14,664 bases of DNA. Origin: a virus. Taxonomy: Duplodnaviria; Heunggongvirae; Uroviricota; Caudoviricetes. Positions 7,243-13,377 of this stretch are shown piece after piece. The notes below the pieces were generated by a model that saw nothing but the letters and a program-made list of their open reading frames with translations, did no database searches and was not told where the DNA came from. Where the stretch lies: IMG/VR virus record IMGVR_UViG_2703718798_000012, positions 1 to 14,664 of that record. One strand, written 5' to 3'. Positions within the stretch are counted from its first letter, which is position 1; the number at the start of each line of letters is the position of its first letter. The position numbers were made by a program, and so were the translations under genes.

Positions 7243-7950
7243 TTACACCTGCCAGCCCAGCGCCTGGAACAACCCCATTTTCGGGTGATACCAGCGAGTA
7301 CCTCGTGGTTCTGCTTCACTCGTCATGCGATGAAAAGCAGACATGAAGGGTTCCACAGCAACAATAGCGCGACGCGATAACAATCCATCCGGCGTCATGA
7401 ACTCATGGGTGTCGGTAGGGATCTGATATGCGTTCACCAGATTGCGGCATTTCGCATCTGACATACCCGTTTTCGCCGCCAGCTGACGATAGCCTGCATA
7501 ACCATCGCGTATGGCGCCTCTTTTGATTTGTTCGACAGTTTCGGTAACGTGACTGACTTTTTCTTCTACCCGCTCAAGGCGTTTCTGCTGACGAACAGCT
7601 TCAAGAGCCATCGCGGCAACCATTTCGATTTCGCTCATTGGCTTGCGGATCTGTTCTTCCAGTTCGCGCCAGCGGTCTACCAGACGGGCTGTGAATTCAG
7701 GGCAAAGCTGTGCGACAACAATGATGCTGTCGCGTTTGCCTTGTTCGCCTTCAAACAGATAATGCTCGTGTTGAACTTTAAACCCTAAGTTATTGATTCT
7801 TTCGGAAACCTCAATTTGAGGAGATCGGACAACACCACCTTTAGCTAATGTTTCAATAGTGCGTTTCACATTGTCATGACGCTTACCCACCAGCTCTGCG
7901 ATCTCAACGCTGGTCATGGATGCTTTATCGGTAAAAATTGTTGTATTCAC
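7243..7950 (-). CDS. Phage regulatory protein, Rha family (first tandem paralog, with C-terminal extension)
   Basis: 235 aa. GTG start at 7950 with AGGAG 7 nt upstream, overlapping the cro-like stop (GTGA). N-terminal SVEIAELVGKRHDNVKRTIETL is the characteristic Rha motif (recalled Pfam Phage_pRha pattern). Confidence 0.7.
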   Translation of the reverse strand: MNTTIFTDKASMTSVEIAELVGKRHDNVKRTIETLAKGGVVRSPQIEVSERINNLGFKVQHEHYLFEGEQGKRDSIIVVAQLCPEFTARLVDRWRELEEQIRKPMSEIEMVAAMALEAVRQQKRLERVEEKVSHVTETVEQIKRGAIRDGYAGYRQLAAKTGMSDAKCRNLVNAYQIPTDTHEFMTPDGLLSRRAIVAVEPFMSAFHRMTSEAEPRGTRWYHPKMGLFQALGWQV

Positions 7951-8210
7951 TGTTTATCTCCTTCGCACACTCCATCTTCTGTGTGCGCTAAACTTGGGTG
8001 TGGGAAAAGCTCCGGTAGATCAGGACGAAATTCATACGCCTGGACTTTCCCATCGACCGCCTTAACCAGAGACGGAACAAATTCAGGAGAAATTTTTTTC
8101 TTCCCATTCAGCCAGTCGCAAATTGTTGACTGCGCGCGACCACAACGCCTAGCCAGAGCAATCTGGCTTCCCGCAATATCTACAGCCTTGGCTATACCTT
8201 CATTTTTCAT
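7947..8210 (-). CDS. Cro-like HTH transcriptional regulator
   Basis: 87 aa from ATG 8210..8208 with GGAGG 5 nt upstream (ORF track starts 9 codons earlier at a GTG). HTH segment GSQIALARRCGRAQSTICDWLNGKK; divergent from the CI-like gene across an operator-rich spacer. Confidence 0.7.
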   Translation of the reverse strand: MKNEGIAKAVDIAGSQIALARRCGRAQSTICDWLNGKKKISPEFVPSLVKAVDGKVQAYEFRPDLPELFPHPSLAHTEDGVCEGDKQ

Positions 8211-8235
8211 ATCGACCTCCAACCTGATTCCATTC

Positions 8236-8264
8236 ACTATAGCGATTGATTAAAGCGATTGCAA
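8236..8264 (-). promoter_or_regulatory. PR-like sigma70 promoter for the cro-like operon, with two direct CAATCGCT repeats in the spacer
   Basis: Minus-strand -35 TTGCAA (8264..8259), 17-nt spacer, -10 TATAGT (8241..8236). Spacer contains CAATCGCT twice; the 13-mer CTATAGCGATTGA (8237..8249) recurs at 9152..9164. Confidence 0.5.
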
Positions 8265-8282
8265 TGTACGGGAAAGCGGTTT

Positions 8283-8308
8283 GTGTATATATCGCTAAGG
8301 CGATACAC
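8283..8308. promoter_or_regulatory. Inverted-repeat operator candidate upstream of the CI-like gene (PRM region)
   Basis: Core TATCGC-taag-GCGATA (8290..8305), extended by flanking GTGTAT / ATACAC arms. Lies about 30-50 nt upstream of the CI start; promoter hexamers not confidently placed. Confidence 0.4.
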
Positions 8309-8333
8309 TAAAAGGGCAGAAAAAGGAGGACTT

Positions 8334-9038
8334 ATGAGCTTTTCAGACAGGCTACAGTTAGCTATGACTATCCGCGGATACTCGCAGGGAAAACTGGCCA
8401 GAGAGGTTGGCATGGCTCAATCGAGCGTAAATAAACTGGTTAATGGTGCCACAGGCTCCAGGAAAGTTGTGGAGATAGCCAATACCCTGAACGTGCGCCC
8501 CGAGTGGCTATCGTACGGTGTTGGTCCTATGACCCCAGAAGAAAGCACATCCTGCAATCCGACACCACAGGTATCATATTCCCCGCTGGAAAATGATAAG
8601 GATATTTTTCGTGTGGAAGTCCTGGATATCGCTGCCAGCGCGGGACCAGGAACATTCCTTGTTTCAGATTTTGCAGAAACGGTCCATGCTATAGAATTTT
8701 CACATGACGCCGCAAGACGTCTGTTCTGTAGCAGGCCAGCAAATATCATAAAGATGATAACAGTTGATGGCGACAGCATGGCTCCTACTCTGTGTGCAGG
8801 AGATCAGGTGTTTGTCGACGTATCCGTCAGAAATTTTGAAACTGACGGTATCTATATTTTTATTTTTGGGCACACTTTCCATATCAAACGCCTGCAAATG
8901 CAAGGGATGCAACTTGCTGTTATATCAGACAATCCGGCCTACAAGGAATGGTTTATAAGTGAATCAGCTGAAGAACATCTATTCATAATGGGGAAAGTTC
9001 TCATTCATCAGTCAATCCAGTATAACAGGGTCGGATAA
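8334..9038 (+). CDS. CI-like prophage repressor (N-terminal HTH, C-terminal S24/LexA-type autopeptidase)
   Basis: 234 aa from ATG 8334 with AAAAGGAGGA upstream. HTH LAREVGMAQSSVNKLVNG; Ala-Gly cleavage-type site in AASAGPG; peptidase Ser in VDGDSMAPT and Lys in FHIKRL. Implies RecA/SOS-inducible repressor. Confidence 0.85.
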   Translation: MSFSDRLQLAMTIRGYSQGKLAREVGMAQSSVNKLVNGATGSRKVVEIANTLNVRPEWLSYGVGPMTPEESTSCNPTPQVSYSPLENDKDIFRVEVLDIAASAGPGTFLVSDFAETVHAIEFSHDAARRLFCSRPANIIKMITVDGDSMAPTLCAGDQVFVDVSVRNFETDGIYIFIFGHTFHIKRLQMQGMQLAVISDNPAYKEWFISESAEEHLFIMGKVLIHQSIQYNRVG

Positions 9039-9051
9039 GTCAACATCACCG

Positions 9052-9090
9052 GCAGCTGTATTGCGCAGCTGCTCTACTTTCCTGTATCTC
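9052..9090 (+). terminator. Possible terminator after the CI-like gene
   Basis: 7-bp stem GCAGCUG / CAGCUGC (9052..9058, 9066..9072) with 7-nt loop, followed by a pyrimidine-rich tail UCUACUUUCCUGUAUCUC rather than a clean U-tract. Confidence 0.3.
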
Positions 9091-9151
9091 AACTCCCTAC
9101 GTATCGTCTCATTTCTCTCATAATCTGTTCTTTGCTGCCCAAAATGCATAG

Positions 9152-9189
9152 CTATAGCGATTGACATAACCAAACGCTTTGGCTATTGT
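9152..9189 (+). promoter_or_regulatory. PL-like promoter with operator for the plus-strand accessory/early-left operon
   Basis: -35 TTGACA (9161..9166), 17-nt spacer, -10 TATTGT (9184..9189). Operator 13-mer CTATAGCGATTGA (9152..9164) identical to the PR copy and overlapping the -35; includes the palindrome GCTATAGC. Confidence 0.45.
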
Positions 9190-9214
9190 AAAATTAAAAC
9201 AACAGGAGGCTCAT

Positions 9215-9286
9215 ATGAAGCATGCAGTTAAGGTGATGGATGAAATTCAGCACAAATACAAGAAAGCGGCTCGCTGCTTGGAATGA
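9215..9286 (+). CDS. Leader micro-ORF (23 aa) coupled to the tandem-HTH gene
   Basis: AGGAGG 9204..9209, 5-nt spacer, ATG 9215; encodes MKHAVKVMDEIQHKYKKAARCLE. Its TGA overlaps the ATG of the next gene (ATGA), which has no SD of its own. Confidence 0.3.
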   Translation: MKHAVKVMDEIQHKYKKAARCLE

Positions 9287-9885
9287 TCTATTCCTACATG
9301 TCAGAAAACGGAGCAGAAAGTGAGAGGGTTTATAATGCAATCAGATGCCTGATGCGTTCCCTGCAAAAAACAGAAGAAACTGCATCAATTTTTGCAGAAA
9401 AACTATGTGAGGCAAAAGCTATGGTTTCGCATGGTCACTTTTTTGGAAAAATCCGTGCCCAACGTGAAGCCTGCGGCTTGACGACCACCGAACTTGCCAA
9501 ACTGCTTGATCTCGATGAAGAGATCATCCTGCAATGGGAGAGCGGAGAGTTCGAACCGACCATCAGCATGCTTATCCCCCTGGCAAACGTCATTGGGTGC
9601 GATCCGCTTTCTTTGCTGGATGAAAAAGATAGCGCGTCTGTTATTCGCGTAAATGCGCCTGAAGTCTACGTGGAAAGTATTGGCGCACGCATCAAAAGCG
9701 CACGTAAAAAACTGGGCTTAACGGAAGCTGATCTTGCCCGCATGATTAATACCTATAGCGACCCCATAAACGACTGGGAATGCGGCATCTGTGAAGTTCC
9801 TGCTGATCAGATAGTGCCACTGGCCAGTGCGCTTAATTGTGACCTGATGTGGTTGTTAACGGGAAAATCAGAAGCAAAGGAGTAG
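9283..9885 (+). CDS. Tandem HTH (two XRE-type domains) DNA-binding protein
   Basis: 200 aa. Two canonical HTH_XRE-like segments (GKIRAQREACGLTTTELAKLLDLDEEIILQWESGEFEP and GARIKSARKKLGLTEADLARMINTYSDPINDWECG). First gene of the PL-like operon. Confidence 0.7.
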   Translation: MIYSYMSENGAESERVYNAIRCLMRSLQKTEETASIFAEKLCEAKAMVSHGHFFGKIRAQREACGLTTTELAKLLDLDEEIILQWESGEFEPTISMLIPLANVIGCDPLSLLDEKDSASVIRVNAPEVYVESIGARIKSARKKLGLTEADLARMINTYSDPINDWECGICEVPADQIVPLASALNCDLMWLLTGKSEAKE

Positions 9886-9890
9886 CAACA

Positions 9891-10091
9891 ATGACTGGTA
9901 ATATCCATGATAAGTATGAAGGCTTATGCCTAGCACCAGATTCCTTCGCAAACAATATCCATGATTTATTATGCGCAGTTGTCGTATTACAAATGTCAGA
10001 CAACGACGCAATAAAAAGAACAGGTGATGAAGTTCTTGAATTTGCACGTTGCTATGCTGAAGCAGCAGCTGAAAAAGAACTATCCAGTTAA
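9891..10091 (+). CDS. Hypothetical protein (66 aa)
   Basis: ATG 9891 with AAAGGAG 8 nt upstream (ORF track starts 14 codons earlier at a GTG inside the preceding gene). No recognisable domain. Confidence 0.5.
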   Translation: MTGNIHDKYEGLCLAPDSFANNIHDLLCAVVVLQMSDNDAIKRTGDEVLEFARCYAEAAAEKELSS

Positions 10092-10173
10092 ATAGAACAA
10101 GTCATCTCCAGATACTATATTACGGCTTAATCGCCGGGGATTATCACACACTTAATCCACAGGAGGTTTTATT

Positions 10174-10287
10174 ATGACTTTTATAAAACATAAGGCATCA
10201 CACAAAACAGCCTGCCTTATTGCACAACACGGGAAAAATTACATGCATATTGCCTGCTTGTTTCTGCGTAAAGCATACGGGAGATAA
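10174..10287 (+). CDS. Small ORF (37 aa) with strong SD
   Basis: AGGAGG 10161..10166, 7-nt spacer, ATG 10174; ends TAATAATG abutting the next start. Encodes MTFIKHKASHKTACLIAQHGKNYMHIACLFLRKAYGR. Below the ORF-track size cutoff. Confidence 0.3.
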   Translation: MTFIKHKASHKTACLIAQHGKNYMHIACLFLRKAYGR

Positions 10288-10289
10288 TA

Positions 10290-10472
10290 ATGCATCAGAA
10301 AACAGCAGAACACGAACAAACCAGAGTATTGCTGACCATCAAAAACGGGAAAGTAATATTAATTCGTCATGTTCATGACGATGAATTTGTAGGAAATCTT
10401 TCAACATTCCTGTTTATTGCAGAAAAGGCAGGATATGACGTTATTGCACCAGCAGATGAAGATGAGGAATAA
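10290..10472 (+). CDS. Hypothetical protein (60 aa, acidic C-terminus)
   Basis: GGGAG 6 nt upstream of ATG 10290. No recognisable domain. Confidence 0.5.
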   Translation: MHQKTAEHEQTRVLLTIKNGKVILIRHVHDDEFVGNLSTFLFIAEKAGYDVIAPADEDEE

Positions 10473-10477
10473 ATTTC

Positions 10478-11050
10478 ATGCAATACGCTGAATTCCAGGC
10501 TGAAGCAACAGCCAATGGTATACAAACAGGCAGTATGACTATTGATTATCACGACGCCATACGCCGTCTGGATGCTGGAGAATTCGATACTCCTAATGTG
10601 CGAGGTTTACGTATCCTTCAGTGTCTCGCGCAAGCTGACGAAGCAGGATTACTGGGAAAACTTCCGGTTGAGATGAAGGTTGCCCAGTGGCGATGGTTGT
10701 ATGTGACGACATTCATCAACGAAGAAGAAGACAAGAACGGCACAATTGATGTCCCGAATGAACACGGAACAACAGATCGCGCCGTAATATATAACGGGAA
10801 GCATGGAGTTATGACTATATACCCTAGTCCCATTCGGTTTGCCTTACAGCAGTATATTGAATGGAATTTAATTCAAACATATGGCGAAGCTGAGGGAATG
10901 GGAAGAGCGCTGTTTCTTTATCAGAAAATGCTCACCACTTCCCCTGATAAAGGTTTCATCCTTTCAGATATAGGTCGAGAAGGGCTTGAACTCCTTCTGG
11001 ATGAAATGATTAACGACCTGAATACTCATGGTATGCCAGAAGGCCAGTGA
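10478..11050 (+). CDS. Hypothetical protein (190 aa), orphan
   Basis: GAGGAA 7 nt upstream of ATG 10478. No motif I recognise. Confidence 0.6.
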   Translation: MQYAEFQAEATANGIQTGSMTIDYHDAIRRLDAGEFDTPNVRGLRILQCLAQADEAGLLGKLPVEMKVAQWRWLYVTTFINEEEDKNGTIDVPNEHGTTDRAVIYNGKHGVMTIYPSPIRFALQQYIEWNLIQTYGEAEGMGRALFLYQKMLTTSPDKGFILSDIGREGLELLLDEMINDLNTHGMPEGQ

Positions 11051-11065
11051 CACATTAAATATTAA

Positions 11066-11090
11066 GAAGAATATAACTCTTCCGTTTTTT
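11066..11090 (+). terminator. Weak terminator-like hairpin with T-tract after the 190-aa gene
   Basis: 5-bp AU-rich stem GAAGA / UCUUC with 7-nt loop, then CG and a 6-T run (11085..11090). Confidence 0.3.
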
Positions 11091-11103
11091 ACTAACCGTT
11101 TAT

Positions 11104-11211
11104 ATGAAAAGCGACCGTGAATTAAGCAGAGTAAAACTGCTTTTAATCCTTGCCACAGTACTGACACTAACAGAAATCATTATTCTCTTTATTGCGCTGT
11201 CTGTCAGTTAA
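11104..11211 (+). CDS. Small hydrophobic peptide (35 aa, single predicted TM helix)
   Basis: ATG 11104 to TAA 11209..11211 encodes MKSDRELSRVKLLLILATVLTLTEIIILFIALSVS. No clear SD. Confidence 0.3.
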   Translation: MKSDRELSRVKLLLILATVLTLTEIIILFIALSVS

Positions 11212-11234
11212 AAATATCGGGATACCACATACCA

Positions 11235-11423
11235 ATGAGACTGTATTTCACAATAGTAATTTTACTGGCAATTATCGCATGCATTTACGGATTACTCGTT
11301 CCGTTCCTTATATCCATGAAGGATACGAGAGCAGTTATTTCTGGCTTTGCACTGGCGTTTCTGACCCCGCCCTGCATTTATGCCATTTACAAGGGTCTTT
11401 CTTTCACTAAGGATAAAAAATGA
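11235..11423 (+). CDS. Small membrane protein (62 aa, two predicted TM helices)
   Basis: Hydrophobic stretches LYFTIVILLAIIACIYGLLVPFLI and AVISGFALAFLTPPCIYAIY. Stop overlaps the next ATG (ATGA). Confidence 0.5.
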   Translation: MRLYFTIVILLAIIACIYGLLVPFLISMKDTRAVISGFALAFLTPPCIYAIYKGLSFTKDKK

Positions 11424-12247
11424 AAAAAATTATTTTTGCTTTAGCCATTGTTCTGCCGACCATTGGTCTTGTCGGTTGCGATCGCGTTGAGCCCGGTAAT
11501 GTTGGCATCAAAGTAAATAAACTGGGCGACGATAAAGGCGTCGGTGAGGTGGTCGGTGTTGGTCGCTACTGGACTGGCTGGAATACTGAAGTTTACATCT
11601 TCCCCACCTTCAAGCAAATGAAGACCTACGATGAACCGTTCAGCTTTCAGATGAGTGACGGCACAACCATCGGCTATCACATCGGTGTGGCCTACAAGGT
11701 TGATCCATCCAAAGTTACTACAGTGTTTCAAACCTACCGCAAAGGCGTGGATGACATTACCGACACTGACCTGCGCCAGAAGATAGCCGACGCACTCAAC
11801 CGACTGGCCAGCAAAATGACCACCGATAAATTTATCGACGGTGGCAAGTCTGAACTGCTGGATTCAGCACTTAAAGATATTCAGGCAGAAATGACACCCA
11901 TCGGCATTCAGGTAATGAGCCTCTCTTATGTCGGTAAACCGGAATACCCGCCAACCGTGATCGACAGCATTAATGCCAAAGTCACAGCGAACCAGAAAAC
12001 CCTGCAACGCGAACAGGAAGTAAAACAGCGCGAAGCGGAAGCCAACATGTTGCGCGCGGAAGCAGCCGGACAGGCTGACGCCATTCGCACAAAAGCCCAG
12101 GCCGAAGCCGATGCTATTCGTTTACGCGGTGAAGCTCTGCGCCAGAACCCCGGTGTTATGGAGCTGGAAGCCATCAATAAATGGAACGGCACACTGCCGC
12201 AATACATGACCAGCGATGCCAATACACCATTTATCCAGGTTAAATAA
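11420..12247 (+). CDS. SPFH/band-7 (prohibitin/HflK-C-like) domain lipoprotein
   Basis: 275 aa, AAGGA 8 nt upstream. N-terminal signal peptide with lipobox LVGC (Cys20). Central domain followed by Ala/Glu-rich coiled-coil tail (EAEANMLRAEAAGQADAIRTKAQAEADAIRLRGEA), the pattern I associate with SPFH proteins; from memory. Confidence 0.75.
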   Translation: MKKIIFALAIVLPTIGLVGCDRVEPGNVGIKVNKLGDDKGVGEVVGVGRYWTGWNTEVYIFPTFKQMKTYDEPFSFQMSDGTTIGYHIGVAYKVDPSKVTTVFQTYRKGVDDITDTDLRQKIADALNRLASKMTTDKFIDGGKSELLDSALKDIQAEMTPIGIQVMSLSYVGKPEYPPTVIDSINAKVTANQKTLQREQEVKQREAEANMLRAEAAGQADAIRTKAQAEADAIRLRGEALRQNPGVMELEAINKWNGTLPQYMTSDANTPFIQVK

Positions 12248-12287
12248 CTTATATGCCCGGCAGGCCGCCGGGCTAAGGGAAAAGCAG

Positions 12288-12659
12288 ATGAACACCCATA
12301 ATGCCCAACCGCAAATAATGAACTATGACCCGAATCTGACGTCATGCGGACGCATGGCAAAACAAACCGTTCGATTAACTTTCGGGTTATGGGAATACCG
12401 CGAAACATTCGAAGTTACTGTCGGCGGCAATCTGACCGGACTGGATGTTATCAGTTGCGCTATTGAAAGCCTGTACGCAACACTGCCTTATGAAGAAGTC
12501 GAGGATGAGCGCACAGGGGGAACAGATATCATGGCCACCATTAATATTGGCGAACTGATATGTCAGGATGAAGACCTGTCCGGAGAGAGCTGGCTTGCTG
12601 GAATGCTTGTAGCTGCAGAAATTATCAGTATTGAACCCGCTACAAATATACGGCTCTGA
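12288..12659 (+). CDS. Hypothetical protein (123 aa), acidic
   Basis: First ATG after the upstream hairpin, with AAGGGA 7 nt upstream (ORF track starts at 12216, overlapping the preceding gene). No recognisable domain. Confidence 0.5.
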   Translation: MNTHNAQPQIMNYDPNLTSCGRMAKQTVRLTFGLWEYRETFEVTVGGNLTGLDVISCAIESLYATLPYEEVEDERTGGTDIMATINIGELICQDEDLSGESWLAGMLVAAEIISIEPATNIRL

Positions 12660-12690
12660 AGTTCTCGCTATTCAGAGAACAGGAGAAAAA

Positions 12691-12933
12691 ATGTTCGATT
12701 TGATTAATCAAGGACAACTGTATACCGACAGCGCCGGTTACCCGGTAAAAATTATTCACTGCATAAATAACATCGTGTTGTACAGAAGAATGGATGGACG
12801 AACACAGTCGGTAAAAATAAACGATTTTAATGAACTGTTTGAACGAATCGATCACCAGGAATACCGACAAATTCTGGCAGAAACAGAACAAGAAGCTCAT
12901 CTGAAAAAATTACGTGCCATGAAAAGGAAGTAA
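12691..12933 (+). CDS. Hypothetical protein (80 aa)
   Basis: AGGAG 5 nt upstream of ATG 12691 (ORF track starts at 12631, overlapping the preceding gene). No recognisable domain. Confidence 0.5.
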   Translation: MFDLINQGQLYTDSAGYPVKIIHCINNIVLYRRMDGRTQSVKINDFNELFERIDHQEYRQILAETEQEAHLKKLRAMKRK

Positions 12934-12936
12934 AGA

Positions 12937-13071
12937 ATGAATAAAGCGTTTGAGCTATGGGTACGCCAGTGTTACGGCAATCGCTATGACCTGACGCGAG
13001 ATGTTGACGGTTTCTACTGCCGTGAAGTTGTGAAACGAATGTTTGACGTGTGGTGCCACTGCCGTGGATGA
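12937..13071 (+). CDS. Small Cys-rich ORF (44 aa)
   Basis: AAAGGAAG upstream of ATG 12937; encodes MNKAFELWVRQCYGNRYDLTRDVDGFYCREVVKRMFDVWCHCRG with a C...C...CHC pattern. Below the ORF-track size cutoff. Confidence 0.35.
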   Translation: MNKAFELWVRQCYGNRYDLTRDVDGFYCREVVKRMFDVWCHCRG

Positions 13072-13089
13072 AAATTTTATGAGGTTGGC

Positions 13090-13344
13090 ATGCAGACAAT
13101 CATCTATCAGATAACCCCCAGCAAATGGTGTACGGAGAGAGTCCTCATTGCATCAACAGGGCTAAAGCCTGGCACCATTGAGCGGGCAAGAAGAAAGTCA
13201 TGGATGCAGGGAAAAGAATACCGCCATTACGCTGTAGAAGGTGATCCAGGGCATTACAGTGAATGCCTGTACAACATCGAAGAAATTATGCGATGGATCG
13301 AAAACCAGAAACAACCAGGTGTCAAAAATGCAAGTTCCGGTTAA
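13090..13344 (+). CDS. Excisionase-like protein (Xis candidate)
   Basis: 84 aa immediately upstream of the integrase on the same strand. Loose resemblance to lambda Xis spacing (W...R...GKEY vs GREY); assignment rests mainly on position. Confidence 0.5.
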   Translation: MQTIIYQITPSKWCTERVLIASTGLKPGTIERARRKSWMQGKEYRHYAVEGDPGHYSECLYNIEEIMRWIENQKQPGVKNASSG

Positions 13345-13377
13345 CCTGTTAATGCTCCTGGACGTCTGGGAGGTTCA

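Noticed and set aside
5988-7346. Plus-strand ORFs 5988..6392 (134 aa) and 6702..7346 (214 aa) across the rha spacers
   Set aside because: They are antisense to the rha genes and leaders and lack an RBS. Their openness probably reflects the same compositional or structural constraint that keeps the minus-strand leaders open, but coding on the plus strand here cannot be fully excluded.
8259-8333. Upstream in-frame extension of the CI-like gene (ORF track start 8259)
   Set aside because: The extension runs through the operator/promoter region and lacks an RBS, whereas the internal ATG at 8334 has a near-perfect SD; the short form was chosen.
11926-13099. Minus-strand ORFs 11926..12408, 12640..12900 and 12827..13099
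   Set aside because: They are antisense to RBS-supported plus-strand genes, with Cys/Ser-rich low-complexity translations.
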